Virus record (IMG/VR): IMGVR_UViG_3300044724_011122
Location: 1-42,573 of that record
Direction: 5' to 3' (one strand)
Source of the DNA: a virus
Taxonomy: Duplodnaviria > Caudoviricetes
Length of the DNA stretch: 42,573 nucleotides
The notes under the pieces are model-generated. The model was not told the DNA's origin. It made no database searches and worked only from the letters and a program-made list of their open reading frames with translations. Position numbers and translations under genes: made by a program. Positions 9,073-18,854 of the stretch are shown here, in pieces; within the stretch, counting starts at the first letter, position 1, and each line of letters opens with the position of its first letter.

Positions 9073-9696
9073 TTAAATTAAATATGCGGACAATATACGT
9101 GCTTGGGCGCGAAGAAAATCTTTCATTGTTCCTTTTGATGTTATCTCTAATTTATCGCAGTGCAAAAATATTGGGTCGGCTTTATTTTTTACATAGTCAA
9201 TTCCCAAGATGCCTATAATCTTGCCATCTAATGTTTTTAATGGAATATTGTATATTGATATGACGCCTTTTGATAAAACTAAATTTTTTAATGTTTGATC
9301 TTTTATTTCACCTGTGTTGGCATAATGATATTCTCCATTATTAATTAATAAATGAATATAGTTATGGTAATTAGAAACTAAATGGTTTTGAGATCTAGTA
9401 GCCTCCCTGCTTGTTCCTGGAGTGCAAGACTCATGAGTGCAACTGAACTTCTGTTGGCTTTTGCCGGATACATAATAACCTCCGTTATGAAATTGAAGAA
9501 CATAAGCTCGGTCGGAACCGGTCTGTTCTAGTACATAATCCAGGCACAATAATATATTCTCATTTGTCTCAAGATCATCTATGATTGGGTCTTTTTTTAA
9601 CCTACACCTTCGACTCATGAATAACTTACCTACCGCTACACTCGTTATTGTCGCAAAGGCGCTAATGCATGCTACTATAATTTCAGACCAATTCAT
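9073..9696 (-). CDS. Membrane-anchored GAF-like domain protein (207 aa), possible holin-like/lysis or sensor protein
   Basis: Hydrophobic residues about 5-27 followed by RRCRLKK. GAF-like DRAYVLQFHNG...KFSCTHE...GVISIYNIPLKTLDGKIIGILGIDY. Confidence 0.65.
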   Translation of the reverse strand: MNWSEIIVACISAFATITSVAVGKLFMSRRCRLKKDPIIDDLETNENILLCLDYVLEQTGSDRAYVLQFHNGGYYVSGKSQQKFSCTHESCTPGTSREATRSQNHLVSNYHNYIHLLINNGEYHYANTGEIKDQTLKNLVLSKGVISIYNIPLKTLDGKIIGILGIDYVKNKADPIFLHCDKLEITSKGTMKDFLRAQARILSAYLI

Positions 9697-9711
9697 AACA
9701 TGAATTTACAC
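9697..9711 (-). promoter_or_regulatory. Putative phage late promoter element overlapping the phoH stop
   Basis: Minus strand reads GTGTAAATTCATGTT-ATG; GTG TAA are also the last codon and stop of phoH. Confidence 0.65.
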
Positions 9712-10443
9712 GGTTTTTTGTGTTTTGTGATGCTCCTTAAGCTTTGTTATTATGTATTTTAATATTTCACTACGCTGTATATCTGATTCATTAAACCAGA
9801 ATGTATGTATCCCTTTTTCTTTACTTATTTCGTCATTGAATAAATTAATCATAGGGCTAAAGCCGCTTTTCCCATTAATGTCGCTCTGCATTGAATCCCC
9901 ACATATAAACAACTTTGAGTTTTCGCCCAGCCTCGTTATCATGGTTACCAGCTCCTTAAAGGTGAAATTCTGAGATTCATCAGCTACCACTACTTTATCA
10001 GTCCAATTGGCTCCCCTTAAATAATTTATGGGCATTGCCTGTACCCTCCCTGACTTAACTAGGTCAGCCTTTATTGTGCTATTACTAGGAAGTAGCTCCA
10101 ATAATTTGTCTTCCAGTGGAGCCATGTATGGGTTAATTTTCTCCTCGATTGTGCCAGGTAGTGCCCCGAGACCTTTATCGGCACTCTCAATGGCGGTCCT
10201 GACATAAAGCAAGTCCAGTGAATTATCTCGCTGCAAATGGCGCAAAGCAGACATCACAGATATGTAAGTTTTTGTTGAGCCGGCTGGCCCAGATATAAAC
10301 ATAATCTTAGTTGTGTCCTGTAAAGATAAATCGAGAAATAACTTTTGTTTTTCGGTTAGTTGTCTTCCTTGAATTTTTATTTTATCAAAAGGATTGGCGT
10401 TAACTTTTATTGAATCGTCCTTAGCGGTTTTTTTCCTAGACAT
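9706..10443 (-). CDS. phoH: PhoH-like ATPase (about 245 aa; true start probably MSRKK at 10443)
   Basis: GPAGSTKT, LGALPGTIEEKINPY, YLRG, VVADESQN, TRLGENSK and GDSMQSD. The track's extension to 10512 runs through promoter DNA and overlaps the divergent gene. Confidence 0.92.
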   Translation of the reverse strand: MSRKKTAKDDSIKVNANPFDKIKIQGRQLTEKQKLFLDLSLQDTTKIMFISGPAGSTKTYISVMSALRHLQRDNSLDLLYVRTAIESADKGLGALPGTIEEKINPYMAPLEDKLLELLPSNSTIKADLVKSGRVQAMPINYLRGANWTDKVVVADESQNFTFKELVTMITRLGENSKLFICGDSMQSDINGKSGFSPMINLFNDEISKEKGIHTFWFNESDIQRSEILKYIITKLKEHHKTQKTV

Positions 10444-10497
10444 ATATACTGTTTGATTGTAATATAGATATATACACAAAATAAGTGTAATATAACT
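10444..10497. promoter_or_regulatory. Back-to-back divergent GTGTA promoter elements
   Basis: Minus-strand GTGTATATA starts at 10477 and faces phoH. Plus-strand GTGTAATATAACT-ATG spans 10485-10500. A further TGTAATATA lies at 10458-10466 on the plus strand. Confidence 0.65.
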
Positions 10498-10695
10498 ATG
10501 AATATGCCACAAAGAAATAAAAACTCAAATAAGTTAGTCATGGATATTATATCCAAAAAAATGACATCATATGCAGCCACCCAGTGGTTGAAGTCTCCAA
10601 ACAAAAGCCTGGACGATAAAGCACCTTTTGATTTAATGAGCGAAGGGAAGGCTCATGTGGTATATAAACATTTAGTAAAACAACCTCCTCAATGA
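10498..10695 (+). CDS. Stand-alone MbcA/ParS/Xre-type antitoxin C-terminal (toxin-binding, DUF2384-like) domain (65 aa)
   Basis: AATQWLKSPNKSLDDKAPFDLMSEGKAHVVYKHL fits the A..WL..PN..L....P.DL...G...V...L pattern; it has its own GTGTAA element. Confidence 0.72.
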   Translation: MNMPQRNKNSNKLVMDIISKKMTSYAATQWLKSPNKSLDDKAPFDLMSEGKAHVVYKHLVKQPPQ

Positions 10696-12212
10696 AAGTA
10701 TCTCACACAGAAGTGGGGTCAAAGCCCCCAACTAATGCGATAGATGGGTATTTTTGGCTAAATACAAATAACTATGAGTTGTATATTTACGATGGAGTAG
10801 TGGGTTCTTGGGTTCAGGTATCAGGTAAGACTCAAGAACTAGGGCCCGAATCTGTTGGTTTGCTAAATTTAAAAAATAATATACTTGACCCTACAGGTGG
10901 ATTAGAATTTAATACTGAAGGGATAAGAATATCAAGGATTAACCCTAGATCTGTGACGCTGATTATAGATTCTTTAGCGGGAGCCGATTATGAAAACGGA
11001 ATTTCGCACGAGGGTAAATCATTGAATGAAATTGTAGACAGTTATGAGGTTTTAAATAAATTCAAGTCGATTCAAGATGCAATGCTGTGGTTAAGAGACA
11101 AGGCCGATGCATTAATAAAAGAAATTAACATAGTATTTGATTCTAATATTATTGAATCCTATGATTTAAATTTATTTAAATTCGAGCCCAACGGCTACGG
11201 ATATGATTTTCATAACTGCTCTAAAGTTAACTATGCAAGTAATGTTCAAGTTAATTATTTTTCATCAGGATACTGGTCATATGTAAATAAACAAACAGAT
11301 TATATAGGCCAAATGACTAAGCTGGAAATATCTTCCAGCCCATTGAATATATCTAGTTATAAAACACCATTATTTATAGATAGAAATTCTTCATTTTACG
11401 GCTTGCATTTTATGTTTAATGTGTCGTCTGGATCATCTGCACCTTCTTCGTTTATTAAGGTTAAGTCTTGTCAGGCCACATTTTGCCATTGCAAGATAAG
11501 CTTTGAATCTTCAAGTGGGTTATCTCAATCAAGTGATTCAATATTTTGTTGCGAGGATCATGGGTTGTTAAAAATTACATCGAATAATTTTGGAGCCAAT
11601 GAAAGATTGAAATATAATTACGATCCGGATAATTGCAAAGTTAAGAATTTAGGATACTGTGTTAATATTAATACAGGCATATCACTTGATTTGATTGATC
11701 CTCAAAACCTCGGAAAAATTGGACATGCTATAGAAATTGAACTGAATGACAATATGAGGTTTAACTATATTTTTGAAGCAAAAAAATATGGAGCCATTGA
11801 AATCGTAGAAGAAAGACCAAACCTCAGTAATAAATTAGGCAGCGAGTCTTCAGGTTTTCATTTTGCGGGTACAGCTAATATTCGCTTCTCTAACTTTGTC
11901 TATCTTGAAGAACATAGCAGGTTTAAAAGCAATACTAGGTTTAGTAAAAACTCAGGCGCGAACGATACACTAGCAGCACTTTCTGCATTTATGAGCTCGA
12001 AAATTTATGGCTCAGTTTTTGTCGACAATTACTTAACTTCGGACTTAAATATAAATTCTTTAGATAATTTACAAACATTTGTTTCTCCAGGTCTCCCGGG
12101 CACAATGTCATCCGATGTGATTGATTATGGGGATTTTGGCAATTTGAGCTACAACGGACCAGAGTGGCAAACTGTGGCTGGACTAGAAAACGATGAAGAC
12201 TATTTAATATAA
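10692..12212 (+). CDS. Fibre/spike-like virion protein with a probable beta-helix region (506 aa)
   Basis: N-terminal PPTNAIDGYFWLNTNNYELYIYDG..WVQV is typical of phage fibre modules. IIDSLAGADYENG...FKSIQDA resembles the cap preceding parallel beta-helix domains. Confidence 0.55.
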   Translation: MKVSHTEVGSKPPTNAIDGYFWLNTNNYELYIYDGVVGSWVQVSGKTQELGPESVGLLNLKNNILDPTGGLEFNTEGIRISRINPRSVTLIIDSLAGADYENGISHEGKSLNEIVDSYEVLNKFKSIQDAMLWLRDKADALIKEINIVFDSNIIESYDLNLFKFEPNGYGYDFHNCSKVNYASNVQVNYFSSGYWSYVNKQTDYIGQMTKLEISSSPLNISSYKTPLFIDRNSSFYGLHFMFNVSSGSSAPSSFIKVKSCQATFCHCKISFESSSGLSQSSDSIFCCEDHGLLKITSNNFGANERLKYNYDPDNCKVKNLGYCVNINTGISLDLIDPQNLGKIGHAIEIELNDNMRFNYIFEAKKYGAIEIVEERPNLSNKLGSESSGFHFAGTANIRFSNFVYLEEHSRFKSNTRFSKNSGANDTLAALSAFMSSKIYGSVFVDNYLTSDLNINSLDNLQTFVSPGLPGTMSSDVIDYGDFGNLSYNGPEWQTVAGLENDEDYLI

Positions 12213-12213
12213 C

Positions 12214-12720
12214 ATGAGCGAAAAAGACATCAGAATACAAACCCTTAACGGTAAAGGGCTTTCAGAAGATCAAGATAATCCAAATGTTTTAAACTTATCA
12301 AGCTCAACTGAATCGTCTTCAGGTTCAACTAAATTAAGCGACCTGCCTTCGACTTCTTTCCTTGAAGACAGCGACTTATTAGTGCTATCTAGGTCTAGTG
12401 ATAAATCAGGTGTTTATGATCAGTCCTTTTCTATTAGAATCGGTGAAACAACATTATCCCAATCTATACAGTCATCCACCCTGCCTATAAATATACTCTC
12501 AGATGTTGATGTGCAATCCCCAGCGGGCCACCAAGTCCTGGCATATAATGGCTCTCAATGGACCAACTATAGCTGGGATTATTTAATGAAAGACAAGTTC
12601 CAAATCATAGAAGGAGTGGGTCCCCCAACCAGCGACTGTGACGGGGATGAATGGAAAGAAGTAAATAAGATTTATGTTTGTCAAAAAGAAGGTAAAATAG
12701 TATTTTACTTTCAGTCCTAA
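12214..12720 (+). CDS. Small fibre/decoration-type virion protein (168 aa)
   Basis: TKLSDLPS....DSDLLVLSR and LSDVDVQSPAGHQVLAYNGSQWTN are motifs common in phage structural/fibre proteins. Its stop overlaps the convergent stop of the 2036-aa gene. Confidence 0.6.
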   Translation: MSEKDIRIQTLNGKGLSEDQDNPNVLNLSSSTESSSGSTKLSDLPSTSFLEDSDLLVLSRSSDKSGVYDQSFSIRIGETTLSQSIQSSTLPINILSDVDVQSPAGHQVLAYNGSQWTNYSWDYLMKDKFQIIEGVGPPTSDCDGDEWKEVNKIYVCQKEGKIVFYFQS

Positions 12721-15700
12721 TTTTTTTCAATATTCAAAGTTATCGATGTGTGGGTTTCCACATTAAATGAAGGTTTACCGGATGGCTTCCCAACCCTAAA
12801 GGTTAATTCTAAAGATGACTGATCAACGCTGCTTTTAGGCAAAGATGCAGTTGGTATTTCCCAACTCTTAAAACTGTATTTACCACTATCAAAGATAGCC
12901 TTGATATGGACCAGATCTCCTATGCTATAACTCTTTGGGAATGTTAGTGTGCTATTGGTTTCATCAGTAAACACAACTGGGTCTGATGGGTCCACCCCGT
13001 TTACCGTAATCCCATCTATAAAATGATCAAAACCGCTTAAACTTCCTCCAATAAAAATATCTTTATATATGTTAAAATTATTTGAAGCTGGAGCATAATC
13101 ATTACTTCCCGGGGATGCGGCATAAAGCCTTATTGCCAAAGGAGCACTACTTATGATTGAGTCTCCATTAATTGATGCCGTATATGTTTGTCCTGATATC
13201 GTCTTACTGTAACTCGTGAATGCTCTTAAGTCTTGGGTTGGGTCAGCTGGGTTCGATAATGTAAAATACTGGACTATTCCGGTGTTTGACGTTGCGCCTA
13301 GTACTTGAGATGTGTCTAGTGGTATAGTTGAGTTGAGATTTGAACTCCAGGAAATTGTATCAGCTGTAGTGCCTGCAATGTTAACAGATGCATTCCTCAT
13401 ATACACTCTGTCTTCCTCCATTAAATTTTCATCCGCGAAATAAACACTTTCCAGCCCAGAGAAAAACATATTAAATTTTAAATCTGGGCCACTGCCAAAC
13501 AATCTACTTAATGAAGCTTTTGGCCCGGACTCCCTAAATGCTTGAAGCGGGGAATTGATTTGAACTGGGGTGATGCTACCCAGGCCATAATATGGGCTGT
13601 TATTTTTCTTAACAGTTGTGATGTTTGCGCTATTATATGGTGTGATGCCATTCAATGCAGCAGATATATCGGCCTTGCCAGATAAGTAACCTGTATTAAA
13701 TTTACTTTCAAATTTCTTCTTCCATATGTTGATAAAATCACTATTCGTGTCAAAAGAATTAGTGTTAATTAAAATTCCCAAACTCGACTGAGTTCCATTG
13801 GATTTATTTCGAGAGATGAGGGATAATGTCTTCTCAACCATAGGAGACCCATCATTCAATTCATCAGTAAATTCAATATTTTGTGGTTCAAAATCATCGA
13901 CACTTTTTCCAAACTCAAAAACATGTATTAATGTTTTGTATAAATGTTTCTTGTTTCTTTTAAATGAATCTCTTTCTTGTGGGGTGCCGCTCAACAATTT
14001 CCAGTCTCTATCCCTAGGGCCTGAAAGGATATAGAATGAATCACCTTCATCAGGACCAGGAAGCTCCACCTCTCGAAAGGGGCAAGAAGTGAGCATTAAG
14101 CCAAAATCATCAACATTGTTTGAGTTTGAAAATGGATCAATATCCTTGCTCATAGCCACAGAATATCCGCACCCCCCGTGGGTAACAAATGGATAGCTTC
14201 CATTGTGCGAAGTTGTTGTTTTAGGTATATCGCAAAGACCCCAATCCCCAGCAGATAATAAATAATTTAATGTCTCTCCAGGAACCAGGGGAGTGGAGCT
14301 CTGATTCCAAAGACTTGGGTTATTTTTTATATCAGAATCTAATTTTCTCGAAGCAGTTAAGTATTGCCTTCCGCCCAGAGGGGCACCTACAGTAAGTAAA
14401 TTTCCATTGTTATTAATGCGAACCGAAAAACCAAATCTATCATCAGCTCTTTGGCCTGTAATTTTAGACCCCCCCTGAGACCATGACCCCCCTGAATATT
14501 TAAAAACTTTTACATACCCGGGAGTTCCTGTATATAAATAGTCGTATATATCATTTGGATCTTCACCAATTAAGCTCGACCAGTGCTTCCTTAATCTTGG
14601 TAAAACTGCTCCCTCTGCCAAATTTTTATCAGGAAAAAAATTGTAATGACTTAATAAGCAAATTAAATCTGGATCATAAACTCCAATTGGATGCGCTAAA
14701 TTCATTTGTGGTGCACCGACTACTAGAAATTGACCGTCATTTGATAAATCAATTGAGTAGCCAAACATGTCTGAAAGCGGACTGCCTGATGAGCTATAAT
14801 CTGCAGCACTAGACCATGTGTCTGCATTTGCATTAGTAAACTTTATATCGTCTCCTGAAATAGTTGCCCCTATTTGATTCCATGTTTTTGCCGAGGGGTC
14901 TCGTTCGTAAACTCTAACGGAGCCTCCGCTGTCTAATTCACCAGGAGATGAAATAGCAATAATGTTCCCAGATGAACTCATAGACATGCTAAACCCAAAT
15001 AAACTAGGGAAATCGCTGGTTCCTGGACTGGGGTCTTCGATTATTGAATCAAATTCATAAGATCCGGAATTATTAACCTTGTAGACAAGTACGGATGGGT
15101 TTGATCCTGAAAACGGAGAGCTATTAATTGCCCCTAAATTCGCATCCCTAAACCCTACCGCGAGCATTGATCCGTCATAGTTAGTAGCCAATGAGTTTAG
15201 TGGTTTGCCCGCAGGTTGGAATGCTTTTATCGTATCATCTACTATTGAAAACGGGTCGCCGCCGATTGAATTATAATTATCACGTGTTCCTAGTACCCCG
15301 GTAGATGAACCGAATACAACTTTGCCGTCTCCGGACATTGTAAAACTACCCGGCTTTATATTGGAATAATCAATGTTGAAAAATAGCTCTCTTTTTCGTT
15401 TGTTGTAATGATCATAATCTAAAATTTTAACTCCATGTTTATGTTTTCCCCAGGTACTTCCATCAGCCTCTTTAGTACTTAGAGAATCATGTAAGGCTTC
15501 TTTGTTTTTAGTGTACCGGATCCCTCCCAGGCGATCGTTTCCTATAAATTCATCTGAATAACTCGAGTCAAAAGAATATGGACTCGCGTCAAACATATCT
15601 GATGTAACCATGTTTGACCTTAAAAATGTTGAACCATCATTGGAAGCCTCTACCTCTATTCCCCCGAACCACATTTGATGAGGAGAGTCATATCTAAAGG

Positions 15701-18700
15701 CGTAATAATTATTATTATCTGAAAATTCTCCAAAGTTCTGCTTAAGTTCCTCGCGCCCCTGATCAGAACTGCTAAGGTAGCTCATTTCTCTATCTCTGTC
15801 CCGCATTTTACTATGGTATTTATTTTTATAATCATTCCATAGTAAGTTGAATGTAGGGGTCAATCCTTTTTTAAAAAACAAACTATCATCAAAAATATGA
15901 AGTGTTTTTGTTTTTTGAGCTGAATCAAATGATTGCTCTAGCTCGACACTTGCGGCATGAATAACTGAGCCCGCAGGAACTTCAGCTGTAATCTCAACTT
16001 CACCTTCGCCCAGTATCTCAAATATATCAGTATTGGTGCTTGATAATATTGATGTATCAGAAGAAGTGAAGAATATTTTAGAGAAAGATTTTGACTGAGC
16101 TATTGGGTAAATATATTTATCACTAGTTAATGCATAATCTAATGGAGAAGACCTGTAATCTATTGATCTATAATGTATAGGACTTTTAAAATCTATAGAA
16201 TTTCTAACACTGGCATTTCCTACGATATGGATATCGCTTGATTCGGTAGTTACCTGAAATCTGTTTAGTTCTAAACTCCGGTATTGATGTGTAGACTCAT
16301 AAGGATAAGCCCAATAGCCAGATATAGGTTGATAAACCACAGCCCATGGACTTATACTATTTTGCGCAAATCCAGCATTTCCATGGGCTGAGAAAACATC
16401 TCCATTGCTAGAGGCATAAAGTCCCTCAAGAAGAGTTTCTTGATAGTCTATAGCGCTTCTGGAGGCATAATCTGACCTTGCGGAGCTATATTGTCCGCCA
16501 GATGAATAATTTCCAAATGTCACGACATTGCCTTTAAAACTTAACTCGTTAGACAGATTAATAAAAACCCCAAATTGATCGTGGGCGCTAAAATAAGATA
16601 TGCAAGAACTTATCATTTTAGGATTTATGAGCCAAGGGCGAGGGGTGCCATTCACTAATTCCATTCCAAATTCTTTAGGGAAACAGTATTTGTTTACATT
16701 GGATCCTTCTGTATGTGTGTGTTCCCCGGCCCCAAAAAGTGTAAATATTTTTTTCTCACTAATATCATAGTTAGGATGCTTGTCTGCTGAGCTTTGGCTG
16801 AACTCATTGTACCAACTATCCTCTTGAAAAATCTTATCAAAAAACGGTTCTCCTTCTGATAATATATATGTAGAATTGCGCGAAGTGTGTATTTCTCTGA
16901 ACTCTAAAATTTCTTGGCCAGATGCTTTTATATACAAGGATTTATTTATTTCTACAGGTGTCGATACTGGTGAGGCTTCCGGTTGACCTGTTCCTAGCTG
17001 GCCCATTGAGCCATCACCCATTGCCCATGCAGTGCCACTATCTGTTATATAGAAGCTTCGATTCCATCCAGCTTTAATATATGTCGCTATGTTACCAGAG
17101 GGCCCTGTTCCGCTAATAGCTGTTGGTGTTAATACTTCTGTTGTATCTCCGGTACCTAATTGGCCGAAGTCGTTGTTTCCCCAAGAATAAACCGTGCCGT
17201 CGCTTTTTAATGCAAGCACATGGTACTCTCCGGCAGTTTCTCCTGGTGAGTTTTTAGACACAGAAACAGAAATAATTCCAGAGCCTGCAGCCATGACTGT
17301 AGTCCATGATCCAGTATTATCTTCCTTGTTGCCTGTGCCAAGTTGTCCGGATGAATTTCCTCCTAAACTTAATAAGCTGCCATCAGATTTGACTATAAAA
17401 TAACTATTACCAATGTAAGCAAAATCCACTACATCTGACTCTATTTTAGTAAAAGAAATATGTGAAACACTGGGAGTATTAAAACTAACCCAAGGTCTGG
17501 TTAAATAGTACTCAGGTGTTGATATATTTAGCTCAGTGATATCCCCAAATCCGTAAAGGTCTCCGTTTTCCCATACGACAAAACAGGGTGCAGGAATCTC
17601 TCTACTGTACAATTCCCATTGCTTGTAATCCTGGCCAATACTATTTTGTTTTCCTAGGTTTGTATCACTTTGCCTAGGTATTATTTTTTTAACTTGTGGT
17701 AGTTCGTTTAATGATATACTACTTAAGCTATTGTTAATTCCTTCGAATTTTGATCCAATTTTCTGTGACCACTCAAAAAAATACCAATCACTTTCTCCTC
17801 TTCTAGATGAACCAGAATCGGCTTGCTGTATTTCCCATGTTAATTCGATGGACCTTGGGCTCATGGTTAATGAAACCTCAACCCCCGTGGAGCCCATTGT
17901 AAATACTAGTGTTGATCCAGCCATATTAGAACTGTCAATAGATACCCCCGTCGTTCTCCAGGACCCCTCTTTGATTTCATATCCATCATTGGGGGTAGCT
18001 TGAATTGTTACAGTGTCTCCTACCTCATAAAATCCAGCCCCGGTAAAGGTGGCATTAGCCGCACTGGAACTTGATATTTTTACCTCTTTCCCGGATTTGC
18101 TAGTTTTTAATACTATGCTAACATCATTTGGCGGCATGTAAAAATCAAACCCAAGGGAGGTTGAATCTTGACCAGGTATCGATAGACTCCCGTCAGGGCT
18201 CGTCCACTCATTTAATAAGTAACCAGAATTTATAGAGCAAGAAATAGTAACCTTTTCATTTGTTTTTGCAGAGCTTACACCCACTATATTAGCGCTGCTA
18301 GAATCACTAGCTCCATCTAAAGCATAAGTTATATTGTACTGTATAGGCTTGACCTCGAAACTAATTTCAGGGGGGTAGCTTGGTATCACAAAGGTTATAA
18401 TATTGCCTGCTTGAGTGAATGTAAAATTTGCAGAAAATGATCCGTCGATAAACTCATAACCTGCATCTGGCACCACAGTCAAACTTATGTTTTTGCCCGC
18501 TGGTAATAATAGTTTTTGATCGGGGTCAGTTGTAACAGCTCCACTTCCAGTGTCGTATTGAAAAGAGTATCCACCACCAGAATCAATATTGTCAAAACTA
18601 AATTCTTGGTCTTCCCCTATTGTATTAAATGAAATATTAACATCGGCACTAGGCATTACAAAGCTTATAGATTCTCCGGATGGGCCAGAGAAACTTACAT

Positions 18701-18827
18701 CGGCAATACTAATTCCAGTAAACTCCCAAGAGCCTTGTTCGAATTTATATCCAGGATCTGGTTTCGCTGTTAGTGAAATTGCTTCTCCTGGTAATATATC
18801 TCCTAGATCTATGTTTTTTGTGCTCAT
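12717..18827 (-). CDS. Giant adhesin-like protein (2036 aa): InlB-B-like repeats, RCC1-like blades, FG-GAP-like propeller
   Basis: N-terminal repeats of type VTIQATPNDGYE..W...FTM. RCC1 blade HVLALKSDGTVYSWGNNDFGQLG. FG-GAP-like FGYSIDLSNDGQFLVVGAP and FGFSVRINNNGNLLTVGAP. No signal peptide seen. Confidence 0.8.
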   Translation of the reverse strand: MSTKNIDLGDILPGEAISLTAKPDPGYKFEQGSWEFTGISIADVSFSGPSGESISFVMPSADVNISFNTIGEDQEFSFDNIDSGGGYSFQYDTGSGAVTTDPDQKLLLPAGKNISLTVVPDAGYEFIDGSFSANFTFTQAGNIITFVIPSYPPEISFEVKPIQYNITYALDGASDSSSANIVGVSSAKTNEKVTISCSINSGYLLNEWTSPDGSLSIPGQDSTSLGFDFYMPPNDVSIVLKTSKSGKEVKISSSSAANATFTGAGFYEVGDTVTIQATPNDGYEIKEGSWRTTGVSIDSSNMAGSTLVFTMGSTGVEVSLTMSPRSIELTWEIQQADSGSSRRGESDWYFFEWSQKIGSKFEGINNSLSSISLNELPQVKKIIPRQSDTNLGKQNSIGQDYKQWELYSREIPAPCFVVWENGDLYGFGDITELNISTPEYYLTRPWVSFNTPSVSHISFTKIESDVVDFAYIGNSYFIVKSDGSLLSLGGNSSGQLGTGNKEDNTGSWTTVMAAGSGIISVSVSKNSPGETAGEYHVLALKSDGTVYSWGNNDFGQLGTGDTTEVLTPTAISGTGPSGNIATYIKAGWNRSFYITDSGTAWAMGDGSMGQLGTGQPEASPVSTPVEINKSLYIKASGQEILEFREIHTSRNSTYILSEGEPFFDKIFQEDSWYNEFSQSSADKHPNYDISEKKIFTLFGAGEHTHTEGSNVNKYCFPKEFGMELVNGTPRPWLINPKMISSCISYFSAHDQFGVFINLSNELSFKGNVVTFGNYSSGGQYSSARSDYASRSAIDYQETLLEGLYASSNGDVFSAHGNAGFAQNSISPWAVVYQPISGYWAYPYESTHQYRSLELNRFQVTTESSDIHIVGNASVRNSIDFKSPIHYRSIDYRSSPLDYALTSDKYIYPIAQSKSFSKIFFTSSDTSILSSTNTDIFEILGEGEVEITAEVPAGSVIHAASVELEQSFDSAQKTKTLHIFDDSLFFKKGLTPTFNLLWNDYKNKYHSKMRDRDREMSYLSSSDQGREELKQNFGEFSDNNNYYAFRYDSPHQMWFGGIEVEASNDGSTFLRSNMVTSDMFDASPYSFDSSYSDEFIGNDRLGGIRYTKNKEALHDSLSTKEADGSTWGKHKHGVKILDYDHYNKRKRELFFNIDYSNIKPGSFTMSGDGKVVFGSSTGVLGTRDNYNSIGGDPFSIVDDTIKAFQPAGKPLNSLATNYDGSMLAVGFRDANLGAINSSPFSGSNPSVLVYKVNNSGSYEFDSIIEDPSPGTSDFPSLFGFSMSMSSSGNIIAISSPGELDSGGSVRVYERDPSAKTWNQIGATISGDDIKFTNANADTWSSAADYSSSGSPLSDMFGYSIDLSNDGQFLVVGAPQMNLAHPIGVYDPDLICLLSHYNFFPDKNLAEGAVLPRLRKHWSSLIGEDPNDIYDYLYTGTPGYVKVFKYSGGSWSQGGSKITGQRADDRFGFSVRINNNGNLLTVGAPLGGRQYLTASRKLDSDIKNNPSLWNQSSTPLVPGETLNYLLSAGDWGLCDIPKTTTSHNGSYPFVTHGGCGYSVAMSKDIDPFSNSNNVDDFGLMLTSCPFREVELPGPDEGDSFYILSGPRDRDWKLLSGTPQERDSFKRNKKHLYKTLIHVFEFGKSVDDFEPQNIEFTDELNDGSPMVEKTLSLISRNKSNGTQSSLGILINTNSFDTNSDFINIWKKKFESKFNTGYLSGKADISAALNGITPYNSANITTVKKNNSPYYGLGSITPVQINSPLQAFRESGPKASLSRLFGSGPDLKFNMFFSGLESVYFADENLMEEDRVYMRNASVNIAGTTADTISWSSNLNSTIPLDTSQVLGATSNTGIVQYFTLSNPADPTQDLRAFTSYSKTISGQTYTASINGDSIISSAPLAIRLYAASPGSNDYAPASNNFNIYKDIFIGGSLSGFDHFIDGITVNGVDPSDPVVFTDETNSTLTFPKSYSIGDLVHIKAIFDSGKYSFKSWEIPTASLPKSSVDQSSLELTFRVGKPSGKPSFNVETHTSITLNIEKN

Positions 18828-18854
18828 TGATTCTGTGTGTTAGAATTTTAAATA

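Noticed and set aside
10444-10512. N-terminal extension of PhoH given in the ORF track
   Set aside because: It runs through divergent promoter DNA and overlaps the plus-strand gene; the ATG at 10443 fits better.
10498-12720. Plus-strand cassette as an invertible or mobile element
   Set aside because: No flanking inverted repeats, recombinase or target duplication seen; it uses the phage's own promoter motif and has overlapping convergent stops.
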